A stretch of 64,000 bases of DNA, from positions 527,972-591,971 of the forward strand of contig CAWDVW010000007.1 in NCBI GenBank assembly GCA_963805855.1, given 5' to 3'. A model generated the notes under the pieces. The model did not search any database. It saw only the letters and a list, made by a program, of their open reading frames with translations, and had not been told where the DNA came from. The DNA comes from Candidatus Dadabacteria bacterium (GTDB lineage: Bacteria > Desulfobacterota_D > UBA1144 > Nemesobacterales > CSP1-2). Positions 1 to 11,682 of this stretch are shown here, piece by piece (within the stretch, counting starts at the first letter, position 1; every line of letters begins with the position of its first letter). A program made the translations under genes and the position numbers.

Positions 1-308
1 AGATAATTTTCGACCTGAATTACCGCTTTAACAGGGTCAATAACACGAAAATATACTACCGCATTAACCTTAACGGAAACGTTATCCCTCGTTATTATAT
101 CCTGGGGCGGAACGTCCATCGTGATTATCCGGAGACTAATCTTCAACATCTTATCTACACCAGGGATAATCCATCTAAAACCGGGCATTTTTGGGTCTAT
201 AATCCTACCAAGCCTAAATACGACTCCTCGTTCATATTCATTCAGAATTCTGATTCCTGAAAGAAAAAACAACACAATAAATGCAACAAAAATAAAAATA
301 GGTGTCAT
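1..308 (-). CDS. SPFH/Band-7 (stomatin/QmcA-like) membrane protein, N-terminal part; the 3' end lies outside the window
   Basis: Open-ended, so absent from the ORF track. Hand translation from ATG 308-306 (GGAGG 5 nt upstream) gives [35 protein letters not shown]...[29 protein letters not shown], a typical SPFH N-terminus. It lies directly downstream of nfeD, as in known nfeD-SPFH operons. Confidence 0.85.
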   Translation of the reverse strand, partial: MTPIFIFVAFIVLFFLSGIRILNEYERGVVFRLGRIIDPKMPGFRWIIPGVDKMLKISLRIITMDVPPQDIITRDNVSVKVNAVVYFRVIDPVKAVIQVENY

Positions 309-330
309 GAGTACCTCCTCAAGAAAATAC

Positions 331-1674
331 TTACGCTTTCTTTACTCTTAGTTTGAATCCACCAATCTGTTCCACAACCTTTACCTTTTCCCCCTCCCTT
401 ATTGTTTCATCACTCTCCGCATCCCAGTATTCACCATGAATAAATATCTTACCTTTATTTTCGATAGTCGTAACCGCCACTCCGACTTCTCCCATAAGAC
501 CCTCAAATCCAAGAGATATGGCGGCACGCTGGGATTTAACCACATAGTATGCTACGAAAGTAAAGAAAAGACCAATTGCTAAGCCCGCGGCAATTACTAC
601 ATTAAATCCGACTCTCACGTCAGATTCTGGAGTATCAAAGAGCAGTAGGGCCCCAAGGATAAAGCTCAATATACCTCCGATAGCAAGTAACCCGTAGCTC
701 GTGACATATACCTCGGTAATGAAAAGTAAAATCGATAGTGTCAGTAGGGCAAGGCCAGCGTAATTGAATGGAAGAATTTGAAGAGAGACAAGACCTAGTA
801 ACAGACATATCGCCCCTGCTACCCCCGGAAAGATCAAACCCGGATTATAAAATTCTATAAATAAGCCAAGCGACCCCAGGGAAATGAGTAGAAAAGCGAT
901 ATCCGGAGTACTAAGTATATCAACTAATCTCTGCTTAGCATTCATATTAACCCTGTCTACCATTGCCCCTTTTGTATTTAATATCTTTTTGCCCGTTGGA
1001 AGAGTAACCTCTCTCCCATCAATCTCATTAATCAATTCATTTAAATTTGGAGAGATCAGGTCGATGACATCTTTCTTGAGTGCCTCAGTTGAGGTTATCG
1101 AAGCGCTACTTCTTACCGCATCTATCGCCCATTTAACATTTCTACCACGTTTCTCTGCTATACTTTCGATAAACGACGCGGCGAAATTCTCTATTTTTTC
1201 ACTCATCTTCTTATCATTTCCGTTTTTTTCTTTGTCCTCATCCTTACTCTTCTGGCCGCCTCCACTAGGACCTAAGAATACTGGTGCCGCCGCGCCTATA
1301 CTTGTGCCGTCTGCCATTGCCGCTATGTTGGCTGACAACGTTATAAAAACACCCGCAGAAGTTGCCGTAGCGCCGCTTGGATAAACATAGACTATTATAG
1401 GTACTGTTGAATTTAAGAGGGATTTTACTATCTCTTTCGTAGAGGTGAGCAGTCCGCCAGGTGTATCAAGGAGAATGATCAACGCTTCAGATGAGTTTTC
1501 CTTGGCACTTTCCATACCTGATCGAATATAATCAACCGTAGCAGGATTTATTGTTCCGTCGATTTCAATCAATGTTATTCTCTTTGCGCTTTTAACATCT
1601 GAATCCGAAAGGGCAGGATTGATCCCGGAGATGAGAATGTGTGAAAAAAAAATCAACAATAGATTAGCTACCAT
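331..1674 (-). CDS. nfeD: NfeD-family membrane-bound ClpP-class serine protease
   Basis: 447 aa with a signal peptide, a ClpP-like domain ([15 protein letters not shown]), several TM helices and a C-terminal OB-fold NfeD domain ([12 protein letters not shown]). Paired with the SPFH gene. Confidence 0.85.
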   Translation of the reverse strand: MVANLLLIFFSHILISGINPALSDSDVKSAKRITLIEIDGTINPATVDYIRSGMESAKENSSEALIILLDTPGGLLTSTKEIVKSLLNSTVPIIVYVYPSGATATSAGVFITLSANIAAMADGTSIGAAAPVFLGPSGGGQKSKDEDKEKNGNDKKMSEKIENFAASFIESIAEKRGRNVKWAIDAVRSSASITSTEALKKDVIDLISPNLNELINEIDGREVTLPTGKKILNTKGAMVDRVNMNAKQRLVDILSTPDIAFLLISLGSLGLFIEFYNPGLIFPGVAGAICLLLGLVSLQILPFNYAGLALLTLSILLFITEVYVTSYGLLAIGGILSFILGALLLFDTPESDVRVGFNVVIAAGLAIGLFFTFVAYYVVKSQRAAISLGFEGLMGEVGVAVTTIENKGKIFIHGEYWDAESDETIREGEKVKVVEQIGGFKLRVKKA

Positions 1675-1816
1675 ATCAGAGGTTCCTAATGATATTGTAG
1701 CTTTCTAATATGAAAACTGCAAATTGTCTGATCGCACTTAACTAACCGTGATAAAACCAAAAATCTAAATAGGAATCAAGCTTGTTTTTTCTTTTGTAGT
1801 TATTATAATTTCACGG

Positions 1817-2453
1817 ATGGCTAAAAAGGTAAAATTCACTCGGAAAGAAATAAAAAGCCCTGACGAATTTAGAAAATCTATCTCAAGTATAGTCGAATTC
1901 ATATCGGATAACTATATTAAATTTGTCATCGGCGTTGGCATCACCATAATAATCTTAGTAGCCATATTCTCAGTCAGCATTTATCGTGAAAATCAGGATC
2001 TAGAGGCTAACTCCAAGTTTCAAACTGCTCTTGGGCATTACACCGCCAGGGAACACCGAGACCGCTTTATCCGAATTTACAAGCATTATGGATAATTATC
2101 CCAATTCAAAGATATCTGACATCGCCCTCTACTGTATTGGACTCATAAATTTCGAGGATGGAAAGTATGATGAAGCCATTCTCAGACTAAATGAATTTTT
2201 AAGCATCGAAAATACTGATACTATATTGAAAGATGCGGCGAACTATACGATTGGTGTTGCCAACTTCAAGAAAGGTAGCTGGCAACCCGCAATTGATTCC
2301 TTTTCTAAGCTCAACTCAGATGAAAACCCTTATGCAAAACAGGCCCAACTACTTTTGGCCCTGGCATTGGAAAAACAGGGAAAACGAGTCGAGGCAGAGA
2401 AAATTTATCAAGAGGTCTTAACAGGTTTTTCGGCAAACAATTTTACGTTCTAA
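1817..2453 (+). pseudogene. Membrane-anchored TPR protein (YfgM/YbgF-like) split by an apparent +1 frameshift near 2036-2050
   Basis: ORFs 1817..2095 (N-terminal TM anchor) and 2031..2453 (TPR-like: ALSEFTSIMDNYPNSK..., GKYDEAI, GKRVEAEKIYQEVL) overlap in adjacent frames. Skipping one nt around cattacaccgccaggg gives a continuous protein. Confidence 0.6.
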
Positions 2454-2598
2454 CCTAAACGCAGCATTACTTTCGTATTGATGAGAATTCGTTGATCTGT
2501 TTTGGCTACTTAAGCAAGTTTGACATGAATCGGGAGACAGATCTTGTCATTTTTTCTGCTTTGTTCGTCAGTAAGTAATTTTTGCGGAGGATCATGAG

Positions 2599-2958
2599 AT
2601 GATAGTTTTGGGTTCAATTTTGATTGGCTTAGTTGCAGGAATTGCAAGTGGCTTTTTCGGAATCGGTGGTGGACTCGTTATGGTCCCCGCAATTGTATAT
2701 TTCTTTAAGCTTAGTCAACACCAGGCGCAGGGAATTTCCCTTGCAGTTCTTACTCCTCCTCTTCTATTGTTCGCAGCCATAAAATATTACAATGAATATA
2801 ACATTGATTTGCGTATGGCATTATTCATTGCTCTGGGTTTTGTTGGAGCAGCTTATTTGGGAGCGAAATTGGTTACATATATCCCCGACCCACTCCTAAA
2901 GAGGTTATTCGGGGTATTGCTGCTTATAGTTTCTATAAAGATGATATTGGGAAAGTAA
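2599..2958 (+). CDS. TauE/SafE (DUF81) family anion exporter, half-size 4-TM form
   Basis: 119 aa. GFFGIGGGLVMVP and the C-terminal LKRLFGVLLLIVSIKMI are typical of the family. GGAGG lies upstream of the ATG. Confidence 0.7.
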   Translation: MIVLGSILIGLVAGIASGFFGIGGGLVMVPAIVYFFKLSQHQAQGISLAVLTPPLLLFAAIKYYNEYNIDLRMALFIALGFVGAAYLGAKLVTYIPDPLLKRLFGVLLLIVSIKMILGK

Positions 2959-3014
2959 TTTATAAAATTAAAAATTATTTGTCACAACAATAAAAGAATA
3001 TGAATATTTTTTGA

Positions 3015-3968
3015 TTATTTATTTTTTAAATCTAAACCCTTCACTCTATAAAAGGCCTTAACCTCATCCATCAGTCTTTCCAAATCTTCAGGAAGACGAC
3101 ACCAATTGATCTCCTTGTCACTTTTAAGCCATGTCATCTGGCGCTTTGCAAGCCTTTTGGTGTCACGCTTTGTGAGCTCTATTGCCGTCTTAAGAGAAAT
3201 CTTTTTGTCAAGATATTGGTTTACCTGCCTGTAACCTATCGACCGCAATGGCTTCAAAGTAGGTATAAATCCCATACTCCGAATCTTCTTTACTTCCTCG
3301 ATAAACCCATTTCTGATCATCGAGTCCACCCTGTCTTCTATCCTCCTTCTTATCGCATCTCTTTCGTCATAAAGACCTATCTTCAGATAACTGTAGTCAT
3401 TATCCCGAAATCCATGCTTTTTCTGCAGAGTCGAAATCTTCTCCCCGGTTAGGTAATAAGATTCCAGGGCGCGTTCGATCCTCACATAATCATTCGAGTG
3501 AATTCCCAGCGCTGACTCCGGATCGAGCGATTTTAATTTCTCATAAAAATATCCTACACCAAAAGAAGATTTTAGAATCCTGAACCTCTCCCTTATTTCT
3601 TTGTTGCTTGCGGCACCAGCAATCAGGCCGTGGAGAAGTACTCTCACATACAGATATGTGCCCCCCACCACAATAAGTTTAGTTCTATTGTTTGTCAGTT
3701 TGCGAATTACTGAATTTGCGTATTGTCTAAACAATCCGGCGTTAAATTCCTCGTCTGGATCTACAATATCGATTAGGTGGTGATCAACTTGGGTCTGATC
3801 TTCCTTGCTCGGCTTTGCTGTTCCTATATCTAAGTAGCGATATACCTGCAGAGAGTCAGCACTTAAGATCGCCCCGCCTATTCTCTTTGCAATCTCTACG
3901 GCAAGACTGCTCTTACCTATTGCGGTGGGACCCAATATTACCAGCAGCCTGGGTTTGTTGCTTGTCAC
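3015..3968 (-). CDS. miaA: tRNA dimethylallyltransferase
   Basis: 317 aa. P-loop GPTAIGKS, SADSLQVYRYLDIGTAKPS, and a MiaA-type C-terminus (YAKRQMTW). Confidence 0.95.
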   Translation of the reverse strand: MTSNKPRLLVILGPTAIGKSSLAVEIAKRIGGAILSADSLQVYRYLDIGTAKPSKEDQTQVDHHLIDIVDPDEEFNAGLFRQYANSVIRKLTNNRTKLIVVGGTYLYVRVLLHGLIAGAASNKEIRERFRILKSSFGVGYFYEKLKSLDPESALGIHSNDYVRIERALESYYLTGEKISTLQKKHGFRDNDYSYLKIGLYDERDAIRRRIEDRVDSMIRNGFIEEVKKIRSMGFIPTLKPLRSIGYRQVNQYLDKKISLKTAIELTKRDTKRLAKRQMTWLKSDKEINWCRLPEDLERLMDEVKAFYRVKGLDLKNK

Positions 3969-4024
3969 CGATGTTTGAGGTCAATGTCGTTTCTAATTTA
4001 TCGTAAAATTAAATGCGTAATAGC

Positions 4025-6142
4025 CTAATTAGAAGTTCCTTTGTAGTTTTCTATATCTTCTCCTAATGCTTCCTTTCTACTAAGTCTTATCCTGCCGTCA
4101 TCATCCTTGCCGATACATTTCACAAGTATTTCATCACCCTCTACAACGATATCTGTAACCTTGCCAACCCTTGTAGGCGCCAGTTGCGAAATGTGAACCA
4201 ACCCATCCTTACCGTGTGACAATTCAACTATGGCCCCGAAATCAAGAACACGTTTTACTCTACCAAGATATATCTTGCCAACTTCAATTTCTTGTATGAT
4301 TTCTTTTATCATCCTCTGTGCAGTTTCGCATCCCTCTGGATCTGTAGATGAAACGCTAACAGTCCCCGAGTCATCGATATCAATATTAGCACCAGTTATT
4401 TCGATTATTTTCTTTATCATTTTACCACTGGGACCGATCACGTCCTTTATCTTTTCTGGATTGATCTGAAATGTTAAAATTCTGGGAGCGTAGACCGATA
4501 TATGATCTCTCGGTTCGGAGATAACTTCGTTCATCTTACTTAATACGAATAGTCTCGCTTCTTTAGCCTGCTTCAGCGCATCTACTAAAATTTCTTTTGC
4601 GACACCCGTGACCTTAATGTCCATCTGAAGTGCGGTCACACCATCTTTAGTTCCTGCTACCTTAAAATCCATGTCGCCTAAATGGTCTTCATCACCGAGT
4701 ATATCAGAGAGGATCGCAAATTGATCACCTTCCTTAATCAATCCCATTGCGATACCACTAACAGGAGCGCTGAGCGGGACACCTGCATCGAGGAGAGATA
4801 GCGACGCCCCACAAACGGTAGCCATAGATGATGATCCATTAGATTCAAGTATCTCGGATACCACTCTTATGGTATATGGGAATTTATCCTTTGGCGGAAG
4901 AACCGGCAAAAGAGCCCTTTCGGCGAGGGCTCCATGACCAATTTCCCTTCTCCCAGGTCCTAGCCTCCCACTAATCTCTCCCACGCTAAAAGGAAGAAAG
5001 TTATAATGGAGCATGAACCTTTTAGTTAAATCGCCTTCCAGTGAATCTATCCTCTGCTCATTATAGGCCGTGCCTAAAGTAGTACTGACTACTGCTTGAG
5101 TTTCACCCCTAGTAAATAGGGCCGATCCATGCGCACGGGGCAAAAATTCTATTTCTGCACTTATATCCCTGATATCTTCATACCTTCTGCCATCTACCCT
5201 CTTTTCGTCCTTTACTATAAATTCTCTGACAACGCCTTTTAACACTTTCTCGAAGGCATTCGTTATCTCATTTTCCATTCCTGGAAAGTCAGTAGATACA
5301 GTTTCAATAGTTTCGTGAAGTATAGATTTTATTTTCTCCTTTCTTTCGATCTTTGAGGTAGATACTAAAGATTCGACCAGGCGATTTTTGACAAACGATA
5401 GTACACCCTCGTTGATCGATTCAGCCACAGCCGATACAGGTATTTCCCTCTTTCTTATATCCAATCCAGTTAATAGTTCTTCTTGAATTTCGATAAATTC
5501 CTTTACGCGCTCATGGGCAAACATAAGTGCTTCAACTATTTCAGCTTCAGCCACTTGATCGGCACCGCCCTCAACCATCACAATTGCTTTGCTTGTACCC
5601 GCGACTACGATGTCTATATCGCTTTGTCGAAGTTCAGACCTTGTTGGATTGCAAATAAACTCACCCCCTATTCTCGCTACACGGACCGCAGCAATCGGGC
5701 CGTCGAAGGGTACGTCCGACACCACGAGTGCAGCCGATGCTGCCGTGACAGAGAGTACGTCGGGTGTATTTTCGGGGTCTGCCGAAAGCACTGTAACTAT
5801 CATCTGAGTTTCATAACAGAATTCTTTCGGTATAAGTGGTCTTATCGGTCTGTCGATTAGTCTTGAAATCAGGATTTCGGTCTCGCTTGGCCTTCCTTCC
5901 CTTCGGAAATAACCCCCAGGGATTCTACCGGCGGCATAAGACTTTTCCTGATAATTTATGGTTAACGGTAGAAAGTCTTCCCCTTCGACCCGGTCCTCCT
6001 CGGCTACCACCGTAGCCAAGACCACGATATCCCCATGGCGAACTAAAACAGCTCCACTAGCTTGTTTCGCGAGCTTTCCAACCTCGATTTCGAAATTCTT
6101 TCCCAGTACTTGTTTCTTAACGCCTTTAAAACCAATATTCAA
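4025..6142 (-). CDS. pnp: Polyribonucleotide nucleotidyltransferase (PNPase)
   Basis: 705 aa with two RNase PH domains, GDEDHLGDMDFKVAG, and C-terminal KH and S1 domains. TTG start with AGGAGG upstream. Confidence 0.97.
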   Translation of the reverse strand: MNIGFKGVKKQVLGKNFEIEVGKLAKQASGAVLVRHGDIVVLATVVAEEDRVEGEDFLPLTINYQEKSYAAGRIPGGYFRREGRPSETEILISRLIDRPIRPLIPKEFCYETQMIVTVLSADPENTPDVLSVTAASAALVVSDVPFDGPIAAVRVARIGGEFICNPTRSELRQSDIDIVVAGTSKAIVMVEGGADQVAEAEIVEALMFAHERVKEFIEIQEELLTGLDIRKREIPVSAVAESINEGVLSFVKNRLVESLVSTSKIERKEKIKSILHETIETVSTDFPGMENEITNAFEKVLKGVVREFIVKDEKRVDGRRYEDIRDISAEIEFLPRAHGSALFTRGETQAVVSTTLGTAYNEQRIDSLEGDLTKRFMLHYNFLPFSVGEISGRLGPGRREIGHGALAERALLPVLPPKDKFPYTIRVVSEILESNGSSSMATVCGASLSLLDAGVPLSAPVSGIAMGLIKEGDQFAILSDILGDEDHLGDMDFKVAGTKDGVTALQMDIKVTGVAKEILVDALKQAKEARLFVLSKMNEVISEPRDHISVYAPRILTFQINPEKIKDVIGPSGKMIKKIIEITGANIDIDDSGTVSVSSTDPEGCETAQRMIKEIIQEIEVGKIYLGRVKRVLDFGAIVELSHGKDGLVHISQLAPTRVGKVTDIVVEGDEILVKCIGKDDDGRIRLSRKEALGEDIENYKGTSN

Positions 6143-6163
6143 CTAATTCCTCCTTGAAGTTAC

Positions 6164-6433
6164 TTACTTTCTTAATCCAAGTTTTTCAATTAAAGCCTGG
6201 TATTTTCCCGGTTGCTTCTTCTTCAGGTAATTGAGCAATTTTCTACGTTTTGCAACGAGGGAGAGAAGCCCTCGTCTCGAACTCAAATCCTTTGATGCAG
6301 ATTGCAGATGACTTGAAAGTCCCTTTATTCGACTCGTCAATAAAGCAACCTGTACCTCAGACGACCCTACGTCTTTGTCGTGTAAACCAAAGTTATTTAT
6401 CAAACTCAATTTTTCCTCTTTCTCTAACACCAT
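6164..6433 (-). CDS. rpsO: 30S ribosomal protein S15
   Basis: The 89-aa form starts at the internal ATG 6433 (AGGAG upstream): [21 protein letters not shown]...[10 protein letters not shown]. The track ORF extends to 6481 but that N-terminus is not S15-like. Confidence 0.93.
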   Translation of the reverse strand: MVLEKEEKLSLINNFGLHDKDVGSSEVQVALLTSRIKGLSSHLQSASKDLSSRRGLLSLVAKRRKLLNYLKKKQPGKYQALIEKLGLRK

Positions 6434-6518
6434 ATTTGCTCTCCTTAATACATTTTCTCTGAAAAAGTTAACTATCGACAAATAATCTTACTAATATTAT
6501 AGAATAGTCAAATTGAAT

Positions 6519-7433
6519 CTATGAATTAAAAACCCTCAAATGACTGAAGATAATTTGCTGATCCTCAATTTTGCTGAAATCACGAGAACTGAATCTGGCC
6601 TGCGATACAGAGATAAGATCAGTATTATCATAAAAAGCTAACCTTTCACCAGCTTCAAACTCAGGGATGTTCGACAAATCAAGATAAGATTTACGAACCT
6701 GTTCGCCATTCCTGATTCTAATGGACGTATTCTTCGCCACATATACATGCTTAAGGTGGGAAAGAGCCCTGTCTATTGGTATTAGATTTAACTCTCCACG
6801 CATTATTTCCTCTATCGTAATTGTATCTTCAATCTTGAAATTCCCGCTCTTTAATCTTCTCAGATCAACCAAATGGCCCCCATATCCTAATTTGCTCCCA
6901 ATGTCTGCAGCTAGGACTCTCACATAAGTACCTCGAGAACATTTGACAAAAAATTTCAGTAACGGGGACCGAAAGTCCAAAATTTCTAATTCCGCTATCT
7001 TAACCGCACGAAGGGGCCTCTGCACCTCAATGCCATTTCTCGCCAGTTCATATAATCTCCTACCTCTCTGTTTCAGGGCTGAATACATCGGCGGTAACTG
7101 CATTGGTTCATTCTTAACACAGGCGAAAGCAGTCTCAATATCATTTAAACTTATTTCATCTAGCTCCTTCACATTGGTTATTTCCCCCGTCTCATCCATG
7201 GTGTCAGTAGTTACACCGAGTTTCAAAGTAGCTTCATACTCTTTATAGGTTTCATCTAGAAATGGAATGACTTTTGTTGCATTATTCAAACATACCGGAA
7301 GAACCCCGGTGGCAAATGGGTCAAGTGTACCCGTGTGGCCCGCGCGCCTCGCTTTCACAATTTTCTTTATATCGTGCACAACGACGTGTGATGTTTTGCC
7401 CTTGGGCTTGTCTACAAGTAATATTCCGTTCAT
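6519..7433 (-). CDS. truB: tRNA pseudouridine(55) synthase
   Basis: 304 aa. LLVDKPKGKTSH and GHTGTLDPFATGVL (catalytic Asp), plus a PUA-like C-terminus. Confidence 0.95.
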   Translation of the reverse strand: MNGILLVDKPKGKTSHVVVHDIKKIVKARRAGHTGTLDPFATGVLPVCLNNATKVIPFLDETYKEYEATLKLGVTTDTMDETGEITNVKELDEISLNDIETAFACVKNEPMQLPPMYSALKQRGRRLYELARNGIEVQRPLRAVKIAELEILDFRSPLLKFFVKCSRGTYVRVLAADIGSKLGYGGHLVDLRRLKSGNFKIEDTITIEEIMRGELNLIPIDRALSHLKHVYVAKNTSIRIRNGEQVRKSYLDLSNIPEFEAGERLAFYDNTDLISVSQARFSSRDFSKIEDQQIIFSHLRVFNS

Positions 7434-8419
7434 GTCAATTGTTCGGTTATAGAACTATAAATCCGATGTTTTACATCATTCAATGAACCCTTAAGCATGC
7501 ATCCAGCCGATCTTTTGTGGCCTCCACCGCAAAAGGTCTCCGCTACCGTCGCTACGTCGACTTCTCCCTTGGATCGCAGACTAACCTTCCAAAAGGATTC
7601 TGAATGATTAATCTTCTCCAATTCATTAAACAACACAGCAACTTCTACACCCTTTACACTACGAGGATAATTTACAATTCCTTCGGAATCTTCACCAGTA
7701 GTACACGTCCTGTTAAACATTTCCTTGTTAAGAATTACGGAAGCAATACGCCCGTTTTCTAAGAGTTCAAGTGTCGAGATCGCTAGGCCTATCAACTGTA
7801 ATCTTTCAGGACTTTCACTCTCATATAGGGCTTGAGATATATCTGATGGGTTTGCTCCATGTTCCACCAGTTCAGCTGCGACCCTGAAAGTTTCCGGGCT
7901 TGTGTTCGAGTACCTAAATGAGCCTGTATCTCCAACTATTGTTGTGTATAGGTTAGTAGCTATGTCTGGGTTGATCTCCAGGTTAAGCTCCCTTATTAGT
8001 AAATGGACTATCATTCCTGTTGATGAGACAGCCGGATCGAGAAGGTATAAATCGGCGGTAGCCCGAGTAGTTTGGTGATGGTCTACGATAACGGATGTTC
8101 CGCAAGTGTTTTTATTCATAAAATTTAAAAATTCCTTTCCTACCCTAGAGACATCGGTGCAGTCCAGGATTATGGTACAATCAAAACTACCTCGCACATT
8201 CGTCAACGATTTAATCACCGATCTTGAGCCCGGGAGAAAGTCTAAGACTTTGGGAACGCCGTCCTTATTATAACAAACGACCTCTTTCTCAAATCGTGTG
8301 AGGACTAATCCAAGGGCAAGCATTGAACCTAACGCATCAGCGTCCGGCCTCTCATGGGAAGCGATAAGAATGCGTTTTGAATTTTGGATAACCTCTACCA
8401 CTCTGAATAGATTATTCAT
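7430..8419 (-). CDS. DHH/DHHA1 phosphoesterase (NrnA-like oligoribonuclease/pAp phosphatase)
   Basis: 329 aa. DHH motif SHERPDADALGS, and GGGHKRSAG (DHHA1). Overlaps truB by 4 nt. Confidence 0.85.
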   Translation of the reverse strand: MNNLFRVVEVIQNSKRILIASHERPDADALGSMLALGLVLTRFEKEVVCYNKDGVPKVLDFLPGSRSVIKSLTNVRGSFDCTIILDCTDVSRVGKEFLNFMNKNTCGTSVIVDHHQTTRATADLYLLDPAVSSTGMIVHLLIRELNLEINPDIATNLYTTIVGDTGSFRYSNTSPETFRVAAELVEHGANPSDISQALYESESPERLQLIGLAISTLELLENGRIASVILNKEMFNRTCTTGEDSEGIVNYPRSVKGVEVAVLFNELEKINHSESFWKVSLRSKGEVDVATVAETFCGGGHKRSAGCMLKGSLNDVKHRIYSSITEQLT

Positions 8420-8762
8420 CTTTAGTTTTCCTTAAGAGTTCATCAACCCTGTAACCCTCTTGCAGAGCCTCGTCAAATTCGAATTTGAGGTCGGGAATCC
8501 GTCTAATCCTAAGCCGCTTGGAAAGTTCCCTCTTGATATAACTCGAGGCACTTTGGAGCCCCTCCATTATATTCTGCTTGTCAATCTGATCACCGATAAC
8601 CGTGAAATAAACCCTAGCAAATCCAAGGTCGTCGGTTAATTTTATGCCGGTGAGAACAACAGGCTCAATCCGAGGATCCCTTACATTACCCTTGATTAAC
8701 ATCTCGGATATCTCTTTTAGAATCATATCACCCACCCTGAGGCTGCGTTTACTGCCCAACAT
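8412..8762 (-). CDS. rbfA: Ribosome-binding factor A
   Basis: 116 aa. RVGDMILKEISEML...DPR...VTGIKLTDDLGFARVYF, in the conserved operon position. Confidence 0.92.
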   Translation of the reverse strand: MLGSKRSLRVGDMILKEISEMLIKGNVRDPRIEPVVLTGIKLTDDLGFARVYFTVIGDQIDKQNIMEGLQSASSYIKRELSKRLRIRRIPDLKFEFDEALQEGYRVDELLRKTKDE

Positions 8763-8774
8763 CGGACTGATCTC

Positions 8775-9065
8775 CTAGAAAAAAATTATTTCCAATTCTC
8801 GACTTACCATATGAGCAATCCCAGTCGATTCTATAAATCCAGATACCTGATCCAAAATCGAATTGACATAGTTTTTCTCGTTACTAACTATTGTGATTCC
8901 AAGAGTGGCCCTCTGCCACATATCCTGAGAATCTACCTCGGAGATTGAAACGTTCGAGAATCGCGATTTGGTTCTATGGATCAGACTTTTGAGAAGTTGT
9001 CTCTTTCCTTTGAGGGATCTATTTCCATCCAAGTAGAGCTCAATTCTGAGAACACCTATAACCAT
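8775..9065 (-). CDS. DUF503 (YlxP-like) protein
   Basis: 96 aa. LRIELYLDGNRSLKGKRQ...SISEVDSQDMWQRATLGI. Sits in the typical position between infB and rbfA. Confidence 0.8.
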   Translation of the reverse strand: MVIGVLRIELYLDGNRSLKGKRQLLKSLIHRTKSRFSNVSISEVDSQDMWQRATLGITIVSNEKNYVNSILDQVSGFIESTGIAHMVSRELEIIFF

Positions 9066-9075
9066 TTCTTTAGAG

Positions 9076-11682
9076 CTATAGCTCTTGTTTAATCTCTTCT
9101 AAATCATAAAACTCAAGCGTATCGCCGACTTTGATATCATTGAAGTTCTCGATCCCTATCCCGCACTCAAATCCAGTCTGAACTTCTCTTACATCATCTT
9201 TAAAACGCTTAAGCGAGCTTATTCTTCCCTCGTATATCAAAACGCCATCCCTTACCAGCCTTACCTTATTTCCCCTGGAAATCTTTCCGTCTGTCACAAT
9301 ACAACCCGCAATCGTGCCAATCTTTGATATGCTGAAAGTAGCTCTAACTTCGGCATGAGCCGAAACCCTTTCCTTGATTACTGGTTCTAGGAGTCCCTCC
9401 ATTGCTTTTTTTATTCTATCAACAGCATCGTAAATAATTGTGTGAAGCTCTATGGAAACCCCTTCTCTTTCAGCCAAACTTAACGCGTTTACATCCGGAC
9501 GCACATTGAAGCCTAAGACTATGGCATTCGACGCGACTGCAAGCGTTACATCCGTTTCATTTATTGCACCGGCGCCTGAATGCACGATATTCACACGACA
9601 TTTATCTGTAGATAGTTTTGATACTGCATCCTTAATAGCCTCAACAGAACCCTGTGTGTCTGCCTTAATTATGAGAAGGAGTTCTTTTACTTCCTCTTTT
9701 TGAATCGATTCGAATAGGTCTTCGAGCGAAAGCTTTCTTTTTGAAGCCGTCAATCGTTGTCTTTCTTTAATTTCCCTGTGTGTTACTAACTCCTTAGCTG
9801 TTTTTTCATCTTTTACTACGTACAATCTTTCCCCGGCACTAGGAACTCCCGAAAGACCCATCACTTCTACTGGCAATGACGGGCCCGCAGAATCTTTTTT
9901 ATTTCCTTTATCATCGATAAGGGCTCGTACCCTTCCATAGGCCGTACCTGCAACGACGTAATCGCCAACCCTTATAGTGCCTTCGTTTACAATTATCGTC
10001 GCTAACGGGCCTCTCCCTCTGCTCAGTTCGGCTTCTATCACTGCACCATTCGCTCTTTTATCCTCAATGGCTTTCAATTCCATTACATCTGCCTGTAATA
10101 ACACCAAATCCAATAGCTCCTTAATCCCAACATTATTTTTTGCGGAGACTCCGGCAAACAATGTGTCACCACCCCATTCCTCCGGCATCAAACCAATATC
10201 CGATAATTGTCTTTTAACCATATCCGGATTTGACTCGGGCTTATCAACCTTGTTGATAGCTACAATAATCGGTACACCAGCTGCCTTTGCGTGGTTTATG
10301 GCTTCGACAGTCTGGGGCATTACTCCGTCATCTGCGGCAACGACTAGGATAACTATATCAGTTACATTAGCACCTCGAGCCCTCATCGCAGTAAAAGCCT
10401 CGTGCCCCGGAGTATCTACAAAGACGACCTTTCTTTCGTCAACGCTCACACAGTAAGCTCCAATGTGCTGGGTAATTCCTCCGGTTTCCTCTCCAACAAC
10501 GTTTGTCTTCCTTATGGTATCGAGAAGTGTTGTTTTTCCATGATCCACATGTCCCATAACCGTTACAATAGGCGGACGTGAGACATATTCACCCGTTACT
10601 TCTTGATCACGTTCAAACAGCAGTTCATCTTCCTCAAATTTATCTAATGTAACTTCGAAACCGAGTTCTTCTGCTACGATGGCGGCTGTTTCATGATCAA
10701 TTGATTGGTTTACGGTATATTTCGCACCCAGATCCATCAACCTTTTGATAACTTCACCTGCCTTGACTCCCATCTTCTTTGCCAACTCCCCGACGATTAT
10801 AGTATCCCCTAACTTTATACTTTTCTTAATGGGTTTTGTTGGGAAAGGTATTATTTCTGCGGACGGTGCTTCATATTTACCAGGTTCAATATCTTTCGCG
10901 TAACCTTTGCGCATTGTTGAACCGGGTTTCTCCCTCTGGAGACTTCCTTGCGCAAACCTTACCCTCGATCTGCGATCTTCAACAAGGTATTCCCTTTTTC
11001 TTCCCGGGAGTTTAGTTTTAAACGCCCTGCGGAGCTCTTCAAGTGTATCTTCATCAATTATTTCTTCTCTTTTAGGTTTTACTTTACGTCCCTTCTTTTT
11101 TACTTTTGCCTCTTCGTCTTTTTCCCTAACTTCTTCAACCCTTTTTGTTTCTTCTTTAGCCTCCTCCATCCGAAGTTCTCGTTCTTCCGTCTTTTCGGGA
11201 CTCACTTCCCCACCAGTTTCCGGTTCCGGCATCGGCCGTTCTTCCATGATTTCAGTTTCAATCTCCTTTGTTTCCTCAGATGCCTGTTCAGTAGCTGTTA
11301 ATTGAGTTTCTACCGGTGCTTTCTCTGTAGTTTTGCCCACCTCTTCTTCAATTAATTGAGCGGCTTTGACCTCAGGTTCTTTTGCCTTTTTCTTTTTCCT
11401 TAAAATGACGGAACTACCCTTTCTCCTCTCTACAACCTCTTCGCCGCTGTCTGAACGGAAGACCGTCACCTTTTCATCGGTCTTTTCAGCTTCTTCGGCT
11501 GACGATGATAGGTCCTGCGTATCCGCCGTCTTAAGATTTTTCTTTATTTTTTCTGCATCTTCACCTGAGATAGAACTCGCATGACTTCGAACTGAAATTC
11601 CAAGTCTATTCGCAATCTCGATAACCTCTTTATTTGATAAACCCAATTCTTTTGAAAATTCGTAAACCCTTACGTTTGCCAT
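9076..11682 (-). CDS. infB: Translation initiation factor IF-2
   Basis: 868 aa with a Lys/Glu-rich N-terminal region. GTPase motifs [20 protein letters not shown] and NKVD. Confidence 0.98.
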   Translation of the reverse strand: MANVRVYEFSKELGLSNKEVIEIANRLGISVRSHASSISGEDAEKIKKNLKTADTQDLSSSAEEAEKTDEKVTVFRSDSGEEVVERRKGSSVILRKKKKAKEPEVKAAQLIEEEVGKTTEKAPVETQLTATEQASEETKEIETEIMEERPMPEPETGGEVSPEKTEERELRMEEAKEETKRVEEVREKDEEAKVKKKGRKVKPKREEIIDEDTLEELRRAFKTKLPGRKREYLVEDRRSRVRFAQGSLQREKPGSTMRKGYAKDIEPGKYEAPSAEIIPFPTKPIKKSIKLGDTIIVGELAKKMGVKAGEVIKRLMDLGAKYTVNQSIDHETAAIVAEELGFEVTLDKFEEDELLFERDQEVTGEYVSRPPIVTVMGHVDHGKTTLLDTIRKTNVVGEETGGITQHIGAYCVSVDERKVVFVDTPGHEAFTAMRARGANVTDIVILVVAADDGVMPQTVEAINHAKAAGVPIIVAINKVDKPESNPDMVKRQLSDIGLMPEEWGGDTLFAGVSAKNNVGIKELLDLVLLQADVMELKAIEDKRANGAVIEAELSRGRGPLATIIVNEGTIRVGDYVVAGTAYGRVRALIDDKGNKKDSAGPSLPVEVMGLSGVPSAGERLYVVKDEKTAKELVTHREIKERQRLTASKRKLSLEDLFESIQKEEVKELLLIIKADTQGSVEAIKDAVSKLSTDKCRVNIVHSGAGAINETDVTLAVASNAIVLGFNVRPDVNALSLAEREGVSIELHTIIYDAVDRIKKAMEGLLEPVIKERVSAHAEVRATFSISKIGTIAGCIVTDGKISRGNKVRLVRDGVLIYEGRISSLKRFKDDVREVQTGFECGIGIENFNDIKVGDTLEFYDLEEIKQEL

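Noticed and set aside
121-351. 76-aa plus-strand ORF at the left edge
   Set aside because: It lies antisense to a clear SPFH/stomatin coding sequence (minus strand, ATG at 308 with a GGAGG RBS). The composition looks like a shadow ORF.
884-1384. Long antisense ORFs inside well-supported genes: 884..1384, 9977..10456, 10907..11305, 44352..44915, 44940..45389, 48765..49301, 54898..55305, 62932..63360
   Set aside because: Each is fully contained in, and opposite to, a gene with strong family motifs. Their translations are low-complexity (Ser/Leu/Pro-rich) with no motifs, so they are shadow ORFs.
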